DNA from: Malacoraja senta
Taxonomy: Eukaryota
Length of the DNA: 64,000 nucleotides
Assembly (NCBI GenBank): GCA_038087875.1
Contig: CM075989.1
Span: 10,170,001-10,234,000 of the forward strand
Direction of reading: 5' to 3'
Numbering within the stretch: position 1 is the first letter of the stretch; each line of letters opens with the position of its first letter. The translations under genes and the position numbers were made by a program. Below are positions 24,874-38,086 of the stretch, in pieces. The notes under the pieces were generated by a model. That model did not search any database. It had not been told where the DNA came from and was given only the letters and a program-made list of their open reading frames with translations.

Positions 24874-25175
24874 TAGCCCTGTCCCAAGAGTTCTCCCGCG
24901 TTTGTCCTGATTCGAACTCGGAGATTTACGGTAATGGCCACTCGTCGGTACTCGGGGCTCTCGCGGACATTTTTCATCATGTTGAAAAATCTTCACGAGT
25001 CTTCCCTTGCTTACCTGCCGTTAGCGAGTCTTCCCGTGTATCTGCCGTTAGCGCTAAGAGACGTCCCCGAGCTGCGACGCACCCGCTACGTTCATTCTCC
25101 ATGCTTACCACGAGTTTGATTTTGTTAAAACTCGGGAGAGCTCTTCGAATGAACTTGTACCGTGGGACAGGGCTT
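24874..25175. mobile_element. PIF/Harbinger-like MITE inserted into a Penelope-terminus element
   Basis: Splits TGCTGGAGTAA|CTCAGCGGGTCAGGCAGC; ends TAGCCCTGTCCCA / TGGGACAGGGCTT; 3-bp flanks TAA/TAT; core like 5913-6220. Confidence 0.8.
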
Positions 25176-26202
25176 TATCTCAGCGGGTCAGGCAGCATCT
25201 CTGGAGAACATGAATTGTTGATGTTTCGGGTCGAGGCCCTTCTTCAGACCAGAAACGTTAGCTATCCATGTTCTCCCGAGATACTGTCTGACTTGCCGAG
25301 TTACTCCAGCATTTTGTATCCTTTTGTGCATTAACCAGCAACTGCAGTTCTTTGTGCAACTGCAGTTCTTTGTTTCTGCATCTCTGAAAGCAGATTCCTT
25401 GTGGACACTTGCACTGGTGTTCACAGCAACTTGCTCGGTTCAAATTGTCAGTTGCATTGACCATGTTATATAGATGATTATATTTCAATCTGCGCTTTGT
25501 TCTGGTCATCCCTCAGCCGCCTACGTTCCACTGAAAGTAAACCCATTTTATCCAATCTCATGAGTAAAATACCCCCATTGTAAGCAACATGCTAGTGAAT
25601 CTCTTCTGCACGCTCTCTCTATTGCTAGTGCTATAATATCCTTCCTGTAGCGTGGTGACCAGTATTATGTAAAATACTTCAAAATGCAGCCTTACCGATG
25701 ATAAGTGCTCTACAACATGACATCCCATTCTCTTAAACGCAAACTTTCGGATCCCCTGAGATTGTGGTTACATTTTTGATTTGTTTTTTGTTGTTGCATT
25801 TTTGGCTTCTGTTTACCAATGTCTCAAGCCAGCCTTGACTCCAATGTTCCAATGTACATCTAGAGATGTCATGGTGCAGTCTGCTGTGGGGTGAAAACAG
25901 TCCTCTCCTTCTGTCATTTTCATACAAAAGGAAATATAGACAGTAGCACGGGCGTCTTTGAATCTACATCTCTGTTGTATGATTGAGCCTGGTAATCAAT
26001 CTTTCCACAGCACAGCAATGTCTATGCAAAGAATTCATTCATTGCTAATGAACCATGAAGGAAAATTCAGGTATATTACAGGATGTACGCAGAGGAAGCA
26101 ATCGGATTATTTAAATGTGAGTGATTCATTTATTTTTATGGGTTTGACAATGAAACCGCGCTGTTGATGCAAACAAGAACAAAACACAGTTTCTTTTTCA
26201 GC

Positions 26203-26530
26203 TGTGGCTCAGCGTGTTCCTTCCACTGTGAGTCAGAAGTGGGACTTGAACCCTCAAACATTATCTATAGTCAGAGGGAGTGTCGGAGGTGCTGTCGTAA
26301 GGATTACGCTTTGAACTGGAATACCATCTGCACTCTCAGGTGGACGTGCAACTTGTTAAGAGCAGGGGAGCAGCCCCAGTGTCCTGCGGAATACTTTTCA
26401 ATATCCCTCTGCTGCTATCATCTCGACGCTGGTTGAAAGAGTGGGCAGCGTACAAATTGGCTCCCAGATTTCCAACATTACAATGGGCGTACACTCCAAA
26501 CACACTTTATCGTCTGTGAATGGAAAATTC
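26203..26530 (+). mobile_element. Deu-domain SINE (SacSINE1-like)
   Basis: GAGTCAGAAG..GAGGGAGTGTCGGAGGTGCTGTC..CTCTCAGGTGGACGT..AGAGCAGGGGAG..CAAATTGGCT..ACATTACAA. Confidence 0.65.
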
Positions 26531-28458
26531 GGAGAATTTTGCTTTGCTTTGGAATTGGAACGATACTGAAAAACTGAGCAGGAACCAGTAAAAATGCTTT
26601 TTATCAAATCGTTTTAATGTCAACAGGTTGAAGGCTGAAGGCTGAAGGCAAAGATGAGAGCGTGAGATAAACTGAAAGATGAATAATGTTCTGTTAGAAT
26701 GGAGGACTAACGTTGAGGAGTGTCTCAGATGTGAGGGTCAGAGGGAGTGAGTTGGAGCAGAAACAGTGTGATGGGAGATGAGATGCGAAACTTGCAGTTC
26801 ACTTTTCACTACTTTGTTGACATGCCCACATGCTGAATAGATGCAGTGTTTGGCTTTACGAGGTGGTACACACCAGAAATAAAGTGATTTTACTGAGACT
26901 GTATTACGACTGACAGGATCAGGGCAGCATACCAGTAAGTGGCTGACCCAATCAGTATAAATGGGTTAAATGTACAACATTAGCGATACATCAACACCCT
27001 TTAAACTTACTTTAAGGCCTGGTTGGGTGTAACATAGTCAAACTGAAGCACATTCTTCTATTAATGTGCATGTACCACACATTCATACCATTGAGAATAA
27101 ACATACTAGCATACAAATTAGGAGTAGGAGTACACCATGTGGCCCCTTAAGCTTTCACTGCCACTTAATATGATCACAATTGATAATAACGTAACCTTAA
27201 CTCCACATTCCTGACTACCCGTGGTAAACTTTCACCCACTTGTTATCAGGAATTTATCTAACACTGCGGCTGGGATCTTGATACATCCATTGTCTCCAAA
27301 GTACATTCAATAACTGAACATAATATGCAACATTTCACCTGGAAATTATATTACTGCCTGTGGGTAACCCCCACCCCCCCCCCCCCCAACCCTCACAAAT
27401 AGCCCAGTAAAAATGTCTATCCCTCATCACCTCCTAGTCTCAGACTAGACTATTATTTAACCTTACATGAAGAATGAGGCCATATTAAGCCTGTTTTGGT
27501 TAATTTTGAGGAGAGAGTCCTCAATGTTTTGTTTCCTTCTTCATCTTTCTGCATGTCCCTGCAAATGTTGACTTTCTGCTTCATTTCAGGCACAGAGACA
27601 CAGAGCATGAGCATTGGACATTAAAAACTCATCTCTCCCCTCACAATGTTGCCATAGATTAGGGCAAGAAACTTCCTCAATGCTGCTGCTCTCTGCGCTG
27701 TAACTGAATCCGAATTATGGCAGATGTCCTATTCACTTGCGTTTACTACAGGAATCAGTGAGAACGTGTGAGATATATAATAGAGGGAATCACTGAGAGT
27801 GGAGTGAGAAAAGTAATGTTGGACTCAGTGAGGGCGGTATGAGAAAATAACAGTGAGAAGTATCATGGTGGGTCCTAGTATGAATGGAATGGAATAGGAA
27901 GAGAAAAAGTCAATGAGAAAATAATGGCGAGAATACAGTCAGAAACGTAATGAAGAGAATCGGAGCAAATGGAGCGAGAGATATATTCAGAGGGGGGTGT
28001 ATATTGGAGGAAGTGAATGACATTTAGCTGCATTATATATCTAGGCAGCGGGGAAATGAGTGAGGAGATCTGATTAAGAATTCCTGGCCACTGTACCAAA
28101 GTTCAAAGCTTGGCTTAAAGACACAATAATCATGAGCAAGAGGCGAGGTGCTTTGGACTAGCCGATTCCGCAGCGCAGGGCGCTGAGGAGGGACAAGTAA
28201 AGAGAAGGCAAAGTTCCCCACCAGTCAGCTCACCGGTAGATTGAACCCACCAGGAGACAAGTGGTATTAACACCACTCATCACACAAAGCTGTTGAAATT
28301 CTACTAAATTGTGACAAAGGTGACATTATACCAAAGAAATTTAAGAAATGTATTCATTTAATTGCCTCACCACTAGTTATCACGGTGAAACATTTTGCCA
28401 GATGTGAAGGAACAAGTGGTTAGTTAATAGGTTTATACAAGGGGGGGGGGGGAATGGG

Positions 28459-28462
<4 letters not shown>

Positions 28463-28493
<31 letters not shown>

Positions 28494-28758
28494 ATGTGTG
28501 TGTGCGTGTGTGTGTGCGCGTGCGTGTATGTGTGCGTTATGTGCACGGGTATGTCCGCGCATGTGTGTGCGCGTGTGTGTGTGTGCACGTGTGTGTGAGT
28601 GTGTGAGAGTGTGTGTGCGTGTGAGAGTGTGTGTGCATGTGTGTGTGTGCGCGTGCGTGTGTGTGTGCGTGTATGTGCACGGGTATGTCCGCGCGTGTGT
28701 GTGTGCGTGTGTGTGTGTGCACGTGTGTGTGAGTGTGTGTGAGAGTGTGTGCGTGTGT

Positions 28759-28795
<37 letters not shown>

Positions 28796-28856
28796 TGTGT
28801 GTGCGTGTGCGTGTGTGTGTTTGTGTGTGTGTGCGTGTGTGCGTGCGTGTGTGTGC
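28463..28856. repeat. Compound (TG)n/(TGCG)n microsatellite with internal higher-order duplication
   Basis: Directly visible; GTGCACGGGTATGTCCGCGC occurs twice (~28541 and ~28675). Confidence 0.97.
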
Positions 28857-29686
28857 TTTTTTCTCTGTCTCTCTCCCCCATTGTTGTTCATAGCTAGTGA
28901 CTATTAGAACAGAGATGCAGTGCTGTGGGTAGTGACATGTAAAGGAACACATTTATCGAAAGATCATTGTGCCTCAATAATCATGATAATTTTTAGCTAT
29001 GATAATCACAAGGAAAATATCTATTAAAGCAAACCCTATTTGATGAAGTCAGTGGTCCTCATCAGTCACTCTGGGAAGCTCCTGCTATCTCACCACAGGA
29101 GGGAAATAGCACGACTTAAGTTGCTTGATGATGCCCTCAGGGATGAGAGATGAGAGCTGAAATGAGGTTTGAAATGTGATAAAAGGATAATCTAGCATAA
29201 ATAGACTGCATATGCTCATTACCTGCATAAACAGTTAGGTTGCTGTGATGACTATATTTGAATAATTTAGAGAGGGCAGAAGGATGGGTGAGGGGCAACT
29301 CTTTAACCTTTCGCTGGGAATAATTAACCCGTCACTGTTCTCGTAGACGGCAAGCACTGCTGTGAGCCTCTCAGCAAAGATGCTTACGCAAGGCCAACAA
29401 AAACCTTTCAAACTGTCAAGGCAATTGCCCCCAATGTTTAATAAAAATGGGAGTGGGAGTCTCCATCCGCCTGGGATTGTTTGTGGATCCTGGAGAAATT
29501 AATCTTCCAGACATGGCTGTTAGAGCACAGGAGAAAAATATTGGTGATTGGGTGGGGGGCTCAGCTTGGCCTCGGAAGACATTGAGTCGCGAGGAAGGAG
29601 GCTTCAGCTGACCAACAACATTGGCGTGGTGGCAGCTCTTGAAAGATCACGTGATGAAATCTCCGAGGTAAAAATGAAGTTATGTC

Positions 29687-29689
<3 letters not shown>

Positions 29690-29729
<40 letters not shown>

Positions 29730-29769
29730 TGTGAGTGTGAGTGTGAGTGTGAGTGTGAGTGTGAGTGTG

Positions 29770-29829
<60 letters not shown>

Positions 29830-29892
29830 TGTGTGTGTGTGTGTGTCTGTGTGTGTGTGTGCGTGTGCGTGTGCGTGTGCGTGTGCGTGCGT

Positions 29893-29925
<33 letters not shown>

Positions 29926-29928
29926 CGT

Positions 29929-29984
<56 letters not shown>

Positions 29985-30013
29985 GCGTGCGTGCGTGCGT
30001 GCGTGCGTGTGTG
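29690..30013. repeat. Compound (TG)n/(TGTGAG)n/(TGCG)n microsatellite
   Basis: Directly visible. Confidence 0.97.
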
Positions 30014-30273
30014 TTTTTTTTGTGTGTTTTTTTTCCCTACAAGAGTTGCGAGACATTATGCGTATTATCACTGCGGATGGAAGGCAAAATTATCCTAGAT
30101 TTGTCTACCTTCGCAATTTTTTTATTTTTTTGCTCATTTGCAGTTTGAGGAACAAGACCGATTCACTGCGTTCAGTTCAAACTTCTTTGAAGTTTTTTTA
30201 AATGTATAATGCAATAGCTAGAATCCGGAGGAATTACCCGACACCTGGGGGGGGGGGGGGTGGGCGTAGCATA

Positions 30274-30790
30274 TAGAGTCATACAACGTGGAAACAGGCT
30301 ATTCGGCCCAATTTGCCTGCACCAACTAACATGTCTCATCTACACTAGTCCTACCTGTCTGCATTGGCCCATAACCCTCCAAACATATCCTATCCATGTA
30401 CCTGTCTAAATGTTTCTTAAACTTTGCAATAATATCTATCTCAACTATCTCCTGCGGCAGCTTGTTCCATGCACCCACCACCTTTTGTGTAAAAATATTA
30501 CTCCTCATGCCCCTAGTAAATCTTTCCCCCCCTCATCTTAAACCTATGTCCTTCTTAATTCCCCTACTCTAGGCAAGAGTGTGCATTTACCCATGTCTTC
30601 CTCTCATGATTTTGTACACCTCTATAAGTTCACCCCTCATCCTCGTGTGCTCCAAGGAATAGAGTCTTAGCCTGCTCAACATCTCCCTATAGTTCAAGCC
30701 CTCGAGAACTGGCAACATCCTCGTAAATCTTCTCTGCATCCTTTCCAGTCTAAATGTGGCCTCACAAACATCTTATATAACTCCCTTCTA
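30274..30790 (-). mobile_element. CR1/HER1 LINE 3' fragment
   Basis: ORF 30326-30508 RSNIFTQKVVGAWNKLPQEIVE..FKKHLDRYM. Confidence 0.85.
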
Positions 30791-30954
30791 TACTCTTTAT
30801 TTACTCTTGAGCTAATTGGATGTAGGAGTAGTTTCTATGTATACCTGAAATATCTCTGGCCTTGTCTCAATCACGGCTAAGGCTTGGAAATTCCTGTATT
30901 ACAGAAATGCCCTAGTTTCAGAGTTTGGATATGGGCGGACAATATCCCCACAGG

Positions 30955-31610
30955 TGCCAGCTGTAGTTTAGTGGCTTACACTCATGCCTGCCTCCGAAAT
31001 AAAAGGTCATAGGTTCATAAACCACTCCGGAAATGGGGTTCTTGAATTCAAAGTCCAAACAGATATACAACCAGTAAAACTTGTACTTGGAGTGCCACAG
31101 TGGCGCAGCGGTAGAGTTGCGACAGAGACCCAGGTTCAATCCTAACTACGGGTGCTGTCTGTAGGCTTGTAGGTTAATTGGCTTCGGTAAAATTGTATAT
31201 TGCCCCTAGCGTGTAGGGTAGTGCTAGTATGCAGGGCGATAGCTGGTGGGCACAGACTTCCTGGGTCGAAGGGCCTGTTTCCATGCTGTATCTCTAAAGT
31301 CAGTACCGAGAGAGTGCTGCAATGTTGGAGGTGCAGTCATTCAGAGAAGATGTTTAAGTGAGGTCATCTGCCCTCAAAACTAAAAGATACTACTGCATCA
31401 TTTTGAAGAAAGGTGAGAGAGTTTTCACTAGTTCTGGCCATTTTTGTATAAGCCAATATGTAGAAGCAGATTAATTTGCGATTGTCATAAGCAGGACACA
31501 GAGAATAAATTGACTGCTCAGTCCCACAATAGGGGCAACACTTCAACCATACCTCATTTGGATGCCCTCAAGTGGTGAAAGACACTTCAGCAATGCAAAT
31601 CTTTCTTTTA
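30955..31610 (+). mobile_element. Deu-domain SINE interrupted by an internally deleted HE1 SINE (31091-31300)
   Basis: tRNA-like head at ~30955; CAGTACCGAGAGAGTGCTGCAATGTTGGAGGTGC..TTTGAAGAA..AATGCAAATCTTTCTTT resumes after the V-SINE. Confidence 0.6.
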
Positions 31611-33960
31611 TCCTATATTGGACCATGTACACTAAGCAGATCTTGTTAACTGATCCTCACCAAGACCAGTTGAGATGCTGATTGGCCTAGGCACTCCAGC
31701 ATTCTCTGTGCAAGTGGTTGGATAGGTTGTGATGCCTCTCATATTCTTGTTGGTCTTTTTGTTGATCTACAATTATCAGATCTTGTCACGCAGAAGCTGC
31801 CCATTTGTCCCAATGTTTAGTGTTGACTCTTTGAAAGATGGATCAAATTTGTGTCAGTTCCCTACTCTCTCTCCATAGCCTTGCTCCTGATTCTGTTTGA
31901 CCTTGAAGGGAAATCTGTTCCTTATTGGGTCTTCCCAACATCCACAGTGTGTTCTTGTTCCTGCAAATGGGGGCAGGACCATTCCTCTTGACCGAGTCTA
32001 CCCAGCAATAGCAATTCACATTGATACAGTACTGCAAACCTAGCAAAACATCCCAAGGTAGGGATAATTATCAAAGAGGCATATAACAAAGTATTAGAAT
32101 TGGTCATCAAGGTAGGTTTTAAAGACCATCTTAAAGGAAAGGAGAGAAGCGGAAAAGGCTGAGCATGGAATTACACTGGTAAGCGTCTGGGCAGCCAAAG
32201 GTTCTAGTCGAAGAGTGGTTAAAATAAGGGTTAATCAAGGGGCCAGGATTAGAGGCTGTAGAGATTCATAGGACTGGAGGGAAGCAGTGAGATGGAGAGG
32301 ACTGGGGGAAGCAATGGGAGTGTTTGAAAACATGCAAATTGAACACAGATTTTTCTTCAGTATTTTGTTAAATGCAAACCATCCTCCGTGATGACCAATA
32401 ATCAGTGTTCACCTCTCTGCAGACTCACACAAGAGGAGCTGAACAATTGAAAGATCTCAGGGGAGCACAACCACTTTTACCACTTCCCCCAAGCCCTGGC
32501 CTGCTAATAAAAAGCACCTGCAACCTCCCCATCTAAACTCGCTCAGCCAGCCCAGCTTCTCCACCATTCCGTCTCTTTAGAAGGAGAGTGGAAACCGAAA
32601 ACCCACAACTTCAAATATCTCACGTTTTTGTCTTCCTAAAAATACTGAGCTCTCAATCTCCGAGGGGTTAATCTGTGCTGATGCAATCACCAACCATCAC
32701 CTTAATCAGCACAGGTTTCTGATGGGAATCCACCTCCACCAATGAACATTTCAGCTACCTGCTGTCATTTTAGTTTATCCTGGTGTCGAGTGTATTGCCG
32801 ACAGCATAAACAGAGGTTTGAAGACACTTGCAATCATTATGTTTTAATTGCACAGCTTCTGATTTAGGTTGGAGCGGTGGAGGTGGAGGTGGGAGTGGAG
32901 AGAGGACGGTTCCTTTGAGCAAGCGGTGTGTGGAGATTTTAAAGCATTTATCTTCATCGTCAGCTATGCAGAGAATTCTGGTCCCAGCTGCTAATAGGCA
33001 GTGGGCTCGATTGGCTCCTATTCCACTAATAATCTTGACAGATTCCATTGTAATGCAAGAATTCATCTTGCAAAGCAAACAAACGCAGTGAACTTAAGTG
33101 CCAGCCCTGTATTCCTGTACGCATCATTACGTACAACATTCAATAGGCATTTTAAACTAAGGGTTATTAGTAAAAATTCCACAACACGATTCCTGCCTGG
33201 CTCTGCTGTTTGTTCCATCTTCCAGCTATCACTTGAGCCATAAGCAAACACATTACTGAGGTTCCAAAGTCTTGCTGACACCCTGCTTGTTTCAGAATGT
33301 TTTCTTTCCTTCCATTCTCCTTTCAATCCTCCATCCCATCCAGACTCTCGCTACTCGTGTTTCACCTGCACTACTCCATTTCCAGCTCTTCCCACATCCC
33401 TGATTTGCTGCATCTTGCTGTTGGCAGCCTTGTTGGGTACCCAAGCCCAACCCAAACTCCACCATCTTCCTACTCATTCAAGATCTTACTTCCAACCCAT
33501 GGTCTATACAAGCAAACAAATTAGGGGCAGCAAAATGTCACATGAACCATTAAATCCATTCTGCCATTCAACAAGACCATGGCAGATCTGACTCACCAGA
33601 GCCTCACATTCCTATCCATCTGTGGTAAATACCCATCACTCACGTATCAAGGATCTAGCTCTCAGAAACATTTAAAGACTCAGCTTACACCACCCCATGA
33701 GGAAGAGTTCCAACAGCCTGCAAATCTAAATATAATATGTGTCATCTGTCTTAAAGTGGCGTTTGAGTTTAAGCTACCATTTCACCATCCGCTCACTCAT
33801 ACACTGGAACATTTGGGAGAATTATTCCCATCAGTGAGGAGGTGGCAGAAGGGAACAGCAAACTCCAACTACGGACGTGCTGAAATCATCTGTCAGACTC
33901 AGGCTTAGCTGTCTGTCAAACAAGATGCAAGCACTGAGTGTCTCTGATGTTCAGAAATAT

Positions 33961-34054
33961 TAAAAACATGCTAACAATGCCTCAAAATCAAATGATTACA
34001 TTATAAAAACATGCTAACAATGCCTCAAAATCAAATTATTACATTATAAAACAT
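33961..34054. repeat. 43-bp tandem duplication (about 2.2 copies)
   Basis: TAAAAACATGCTAACAATGCCTCAAAATCAAAT(G/T)ATTACATTA twice. Confidence 0.95.
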
Positions 34055-34094
34055 TATCATGAATATCGATGCAGTCGGGAAATTAGTAATAAAA

Positions 34095-34285
34095 TGGAGA
34101 CACAAAGAACTTCAGATGCTGGAATCTGGAGCAAAACAAAGCATGGGAGGAACTCAGTGGGTCAGGCAGCATCAGAGGAGGGAATGGACAGGTGATGTTT
34201 CTGATCAGGACCCTTCTTCAGCCTGAAGAAAGATCCATTGATGTTGCCTGACCCACCAAGTTCCTCCAGCGCTTTGTGCTTTGTT
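34095..34285. mobile_element. Penelope-terminus fold-back element
   Basis: GGAGGAACTCAGTGGGTCAGGCAGCATC..CCCTTCTTCAGCCTGAAGAA..GATGTTGCCTGACCCACCAAGTTCCTCC. Confidence 0.75.
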
Positions 34286-34589
34286 GAGGAAAATGGGCAA
34301 GTTTGTTTCCCATGACTGGTGCAGCAGATAAATAGTCAGTCACAGCCTAGTTAACACCTCTGAGAACGCCATCTGGTTTTATGCATGTTTCCCTGGAGTT
34401 TCGAGCCCCCTGACTCTCATGTAGCAAAAGGCCAGCAGTTTTTACATGGCACTTCCAGTATTTGTCAGGGCACTTTGAAGAGAAGTTATTTGGTACAATT
34501 TTTTTGTTTCAGTGACGGACATTTTGAGCTGTATTTATGACCCATAGATTGCTGTTTAAAATAGAACAGATTATCTGGTCACATGTCTC

Positions 34590-35270
34590 TGCTGCTCATA
34601 AATCACATTCCTTGCACCCCTCTGTAAATACCAACACATCCAGAATGCATTTTCTATGGAATCCCAGGGATTACAAATATTGACACGTTCCCAGGATAAA
34701 CTCTTCCTGTGACCCTTTTAAACTGAGGCACTCCTGGAAATTCTCTGCAAATAATGACATTGTTCCACAATCTCTAGCAAGTCCTGACACTCAGAATTCC
34801 CTGTAAATTATAGCCTGCTCCTAGAGTCGCCTGTAAATATTGAAACACTCCTCAGTTTCTCTCTGATACTGACACTCCCAGGCTGCTTGTAAATATTGGT
34901 GTACGTACTCCAGGGATTCCCCCATACTTACTGTAAGAACTCTTGGGATCTCTTCTAAGTACTGATACATTCCTAGGATCCTCTATAAATAAGGTCACAT
35001 TTCTGGGGATAACATTCAAATACAGACAGACCTACAGGTTCTCTTATTTAAAAAATAAAGTTCACTTATAAATCAACATACCTACTGAGACCAATTACAA
35101 ATTTGAACACCTCCATTGCAAACACTGACACATTCTCCGAGGTCTCCACACGCATTGATCCAATCTCAGGAATTCCTTGAAAGCAGTGATTCGCTGCCAA
35201 GGAATATCCTGCATGTTCCTGATACATTCCTAGAGTCCTTTTGCAAATATTGACACATTCCTAGGGATAC
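34590..35270. repeat. Highly degenerate minisatellite, unit about 30-35 bp
   Basis: Recurring CTGTAAATA(C/T)TGACACATTCC(C/T)AGG(G)AT-like units. Confidence 0.65.
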
Positions 35271-37557
35271 AGGTTGCCCAACTTCAAAAGGCTGCATTGG
35301 TGCCTCAAGGGAGGCCTCAGCCAAGGAATTGGATCCATCGGTATCAATGTTTCATGCACAAGTCATGCAGAAAAATGAATTAACTCATGCTAGATCCTGC
35401 AAGTGATCATTGTGGTGAAATTGGTCAGGGCACTTCCATTTGCAATTTATTTTAGAAGATCTGGCATTTTTCTGTCATCAGTCATGCATCAAATGATCAC
35501 ATACTGAACATTTCCTCCATCACAACTTTGGCTGGAGTCTTGGGTGCGACCTGCAATGTTGAACAGTCGCAAAGAAACTAGGAGCACTGAGATCGGCAAT
35601 GAGACACCAAAGTGTCTCCAATCTGACCTTGACATCCTACAGGATTTGCCAGGCTCAGTTTCCAGTGCTCAGCCTATCGCTATTTTTTATTTCAAAAATA
35701 TTATTTATTTGTAAAAATTATGGAGGATGTACAATACAATCAGTATATTAATTTATTTACACACATTGTGCTTTAAACCATTACATATTCATATAATGCA
35801 TCAAGGCCATTTCATGGTACCACTGAACAATACACCCATAGTGTTCATAAGTTTAAAAGTTATGGGAGCAGAATTAGGCTATTCAGCCCATCAAGTCTAT
35901 TCAATCGTGGTTGATCTATCATTCCCTCTCAATCCTATTCTCCTGTTTCCCTCCCGCAACCTTTGACACCCTTCTATGTTTCTATATTTGGGATGATCAG
36001 CCATGATCACAATGAATGGCGGAGCTGGCTCGAAGGGCCGAATGGCCTCCTCCTGCACCTATTTTCTATGTTTCTAGGATCCAGTGACAGCAGGACTCTA
36101 GAGGGAGATCCTTTCCCACAAAGCCTTTTGCAGTGGCTACACCGAACATCAGCTAATCTCTCTGCACATACTCCCACACCTTAGAATCTGCATTCACCTT
36201 ACACTGGAAGACAAACTATTTCATTCCCCACCAATTTCCATACAAGTTATCCCCTTTCACTGGCCTGAATTCCCCTCCCCCTCCCCTCCCCCCGCACCAA
36301 ATTGAGAATCTCCCACCACCAACTTATACGAGTGGTGATTTACATTCACCAATTTACCTACCAACCAGAACATCTTTGGGATGTGGGAGGAAGCCCACAC
36401 AGTACCATGAAATAAAATGTAAACTGCATGCAGATGATGACACCCAAGGTTAGGATGCACTTGTATCCCTGGAGCTGTTGGACAGGTGTATCATTACCTA
36501 CCCTCTCATGCACTCCACATCTAATACACTCCACATTTAAAGCTCACAAGTTAGGGGCTGGAATGAATCAAAGAGAGAAAGTCTGATTCTTAATTCACAC
36601 AGAGGATGGTGTGCACATGGAACAAGTTGCCAGAAGAAGTGGGTACAATAACATGTACAAGGCACTTGGATATGTAGATTAAAAGGTTTGGAGGAATATG
36701 AGCCATGCACAGAAGTGGAACGAGCTCAGTTAGGCAACTTGGTCTCCGTGTATGATTTGGGTCGAAGGGACCATTTCTGTGCCCTATAGCTCTTAGAGTC
36801 TATGGTTAATAAAATATGATATTTTTCAACATGACTAATAGTTTCAGAGAAAATACACTTCAGGAAGTCCTGTGTCTGTATTGCACACTGCTATACAAAT
36901 ATCATCAAAATGAATTTTATTAGGGTGGAGCAATAGGAGTTCTTCATCAGAAGAGGATGCATTCTACAGCCTGATCCATTATCTGTTGAGAGCTATTAGA
37001 CAGAGCATTGCCTTGAATCATCTGACACCAATCATTTTGCTTAACATTCATGTAAATTATCTTTCAGGCCATTGTTACCTCTAACTTTTCTCAGATAGCA
37101 ACTCATTCTAATAGAGAATCAAGGAACTGCAGATGCTGGAATCTTGAGCAAAACACAAAGTGCTGGAAGACCTCAGCAGGTCGGGCAGCATCTGAGGAGG
37201 GAATGGATAATCCATTCTTGGCGGATTGCCTTGCAGGGAGTCAACATGAACACAATGGGCTGAATGGCCTCTTGCAACTAATAAGTTACCCGATAGCTTG
37301 CTGTTCACTGTCAATGAAATAGCCATATTTCCTATCTACAATATGTTGGCAACCATCAGGGATAGGGAATAGGGAATTACTCCAGCACTTGGTATTTGCC
37401 TCATTCTGACAGAGAGGTATAGGGGCAACATCAGCCTTCTCTAACCTCCCCTAATTGTTAATGATTGGGCTGAGTCTCTCTTGGCCAAAGACAGGTGAAC
37501 CTGGATCAGCCTGTGCTTTCCCACACCTAATCCTACATTCAATCTGGATCAGGATCA

Positions 37558-38003
37558 TATGGAAACATAGAAAAATTAGGTGCAGGAGTAGGCTATTCGG
37601 CCCTTCGAGCCAGCACCGCCATTCAATATGATCATGGCTGATCATCCACAATCAGTACCCCGTTCCTGCTTTCTCCCCATATCCCTTGATTCCGTTAGCC
37701 CTAAGAGCTAAATCAAGTTCAAGTTCAAGTGAGTTTATTGTCATGTGTCCCTGATAGGACAATGAAATTCTTGCATTGCTTCAGCTCAACAGAACATAGT
37801 AGGCATTGACTACAAAACAGATCAGTGTGTCCATATACCATTCTATAAATATATACACACATGAATAAATAAACTGATAAAAGTGCAAATAACAGTTAAT
37901 GGGCTATTAACTCTCTAACTCTCTCTTGAAAACATCCAGTGAATCGGCCTCCACTGCCTTCTGTGGCAGAGAATTCCACAGATTCACAACTCTCTGGGTG
38001 AAA
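37558..38003 (-). mobile_element. CR1/HER1 LINE 3' end interrupted by a Rex/Babar-type tail (37713-37908)
   Basis: CATAGAAAAATTAGGTGCAGGAGTAGGC.. and FTQRVVNLWNSLPQKAVEA; insert begins (CAAGTT)n..TTTATTGTCATG. Confidence 0.8.
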
Positions 38004-38086
38004 CCTGGTTCTCTGTGTTTGATGTTAAGATCTTCATTGAACAGATGCCAATGTTCCTGGATTAAGGAGGGGAGGGAGGAGGTGGT

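Noticed and set aside
28380..30201. His/Thr-rich and Cys/Val-rich ORFs of 110-217 aa
   Set aside because: They are translations of (TG)n microsatellites.
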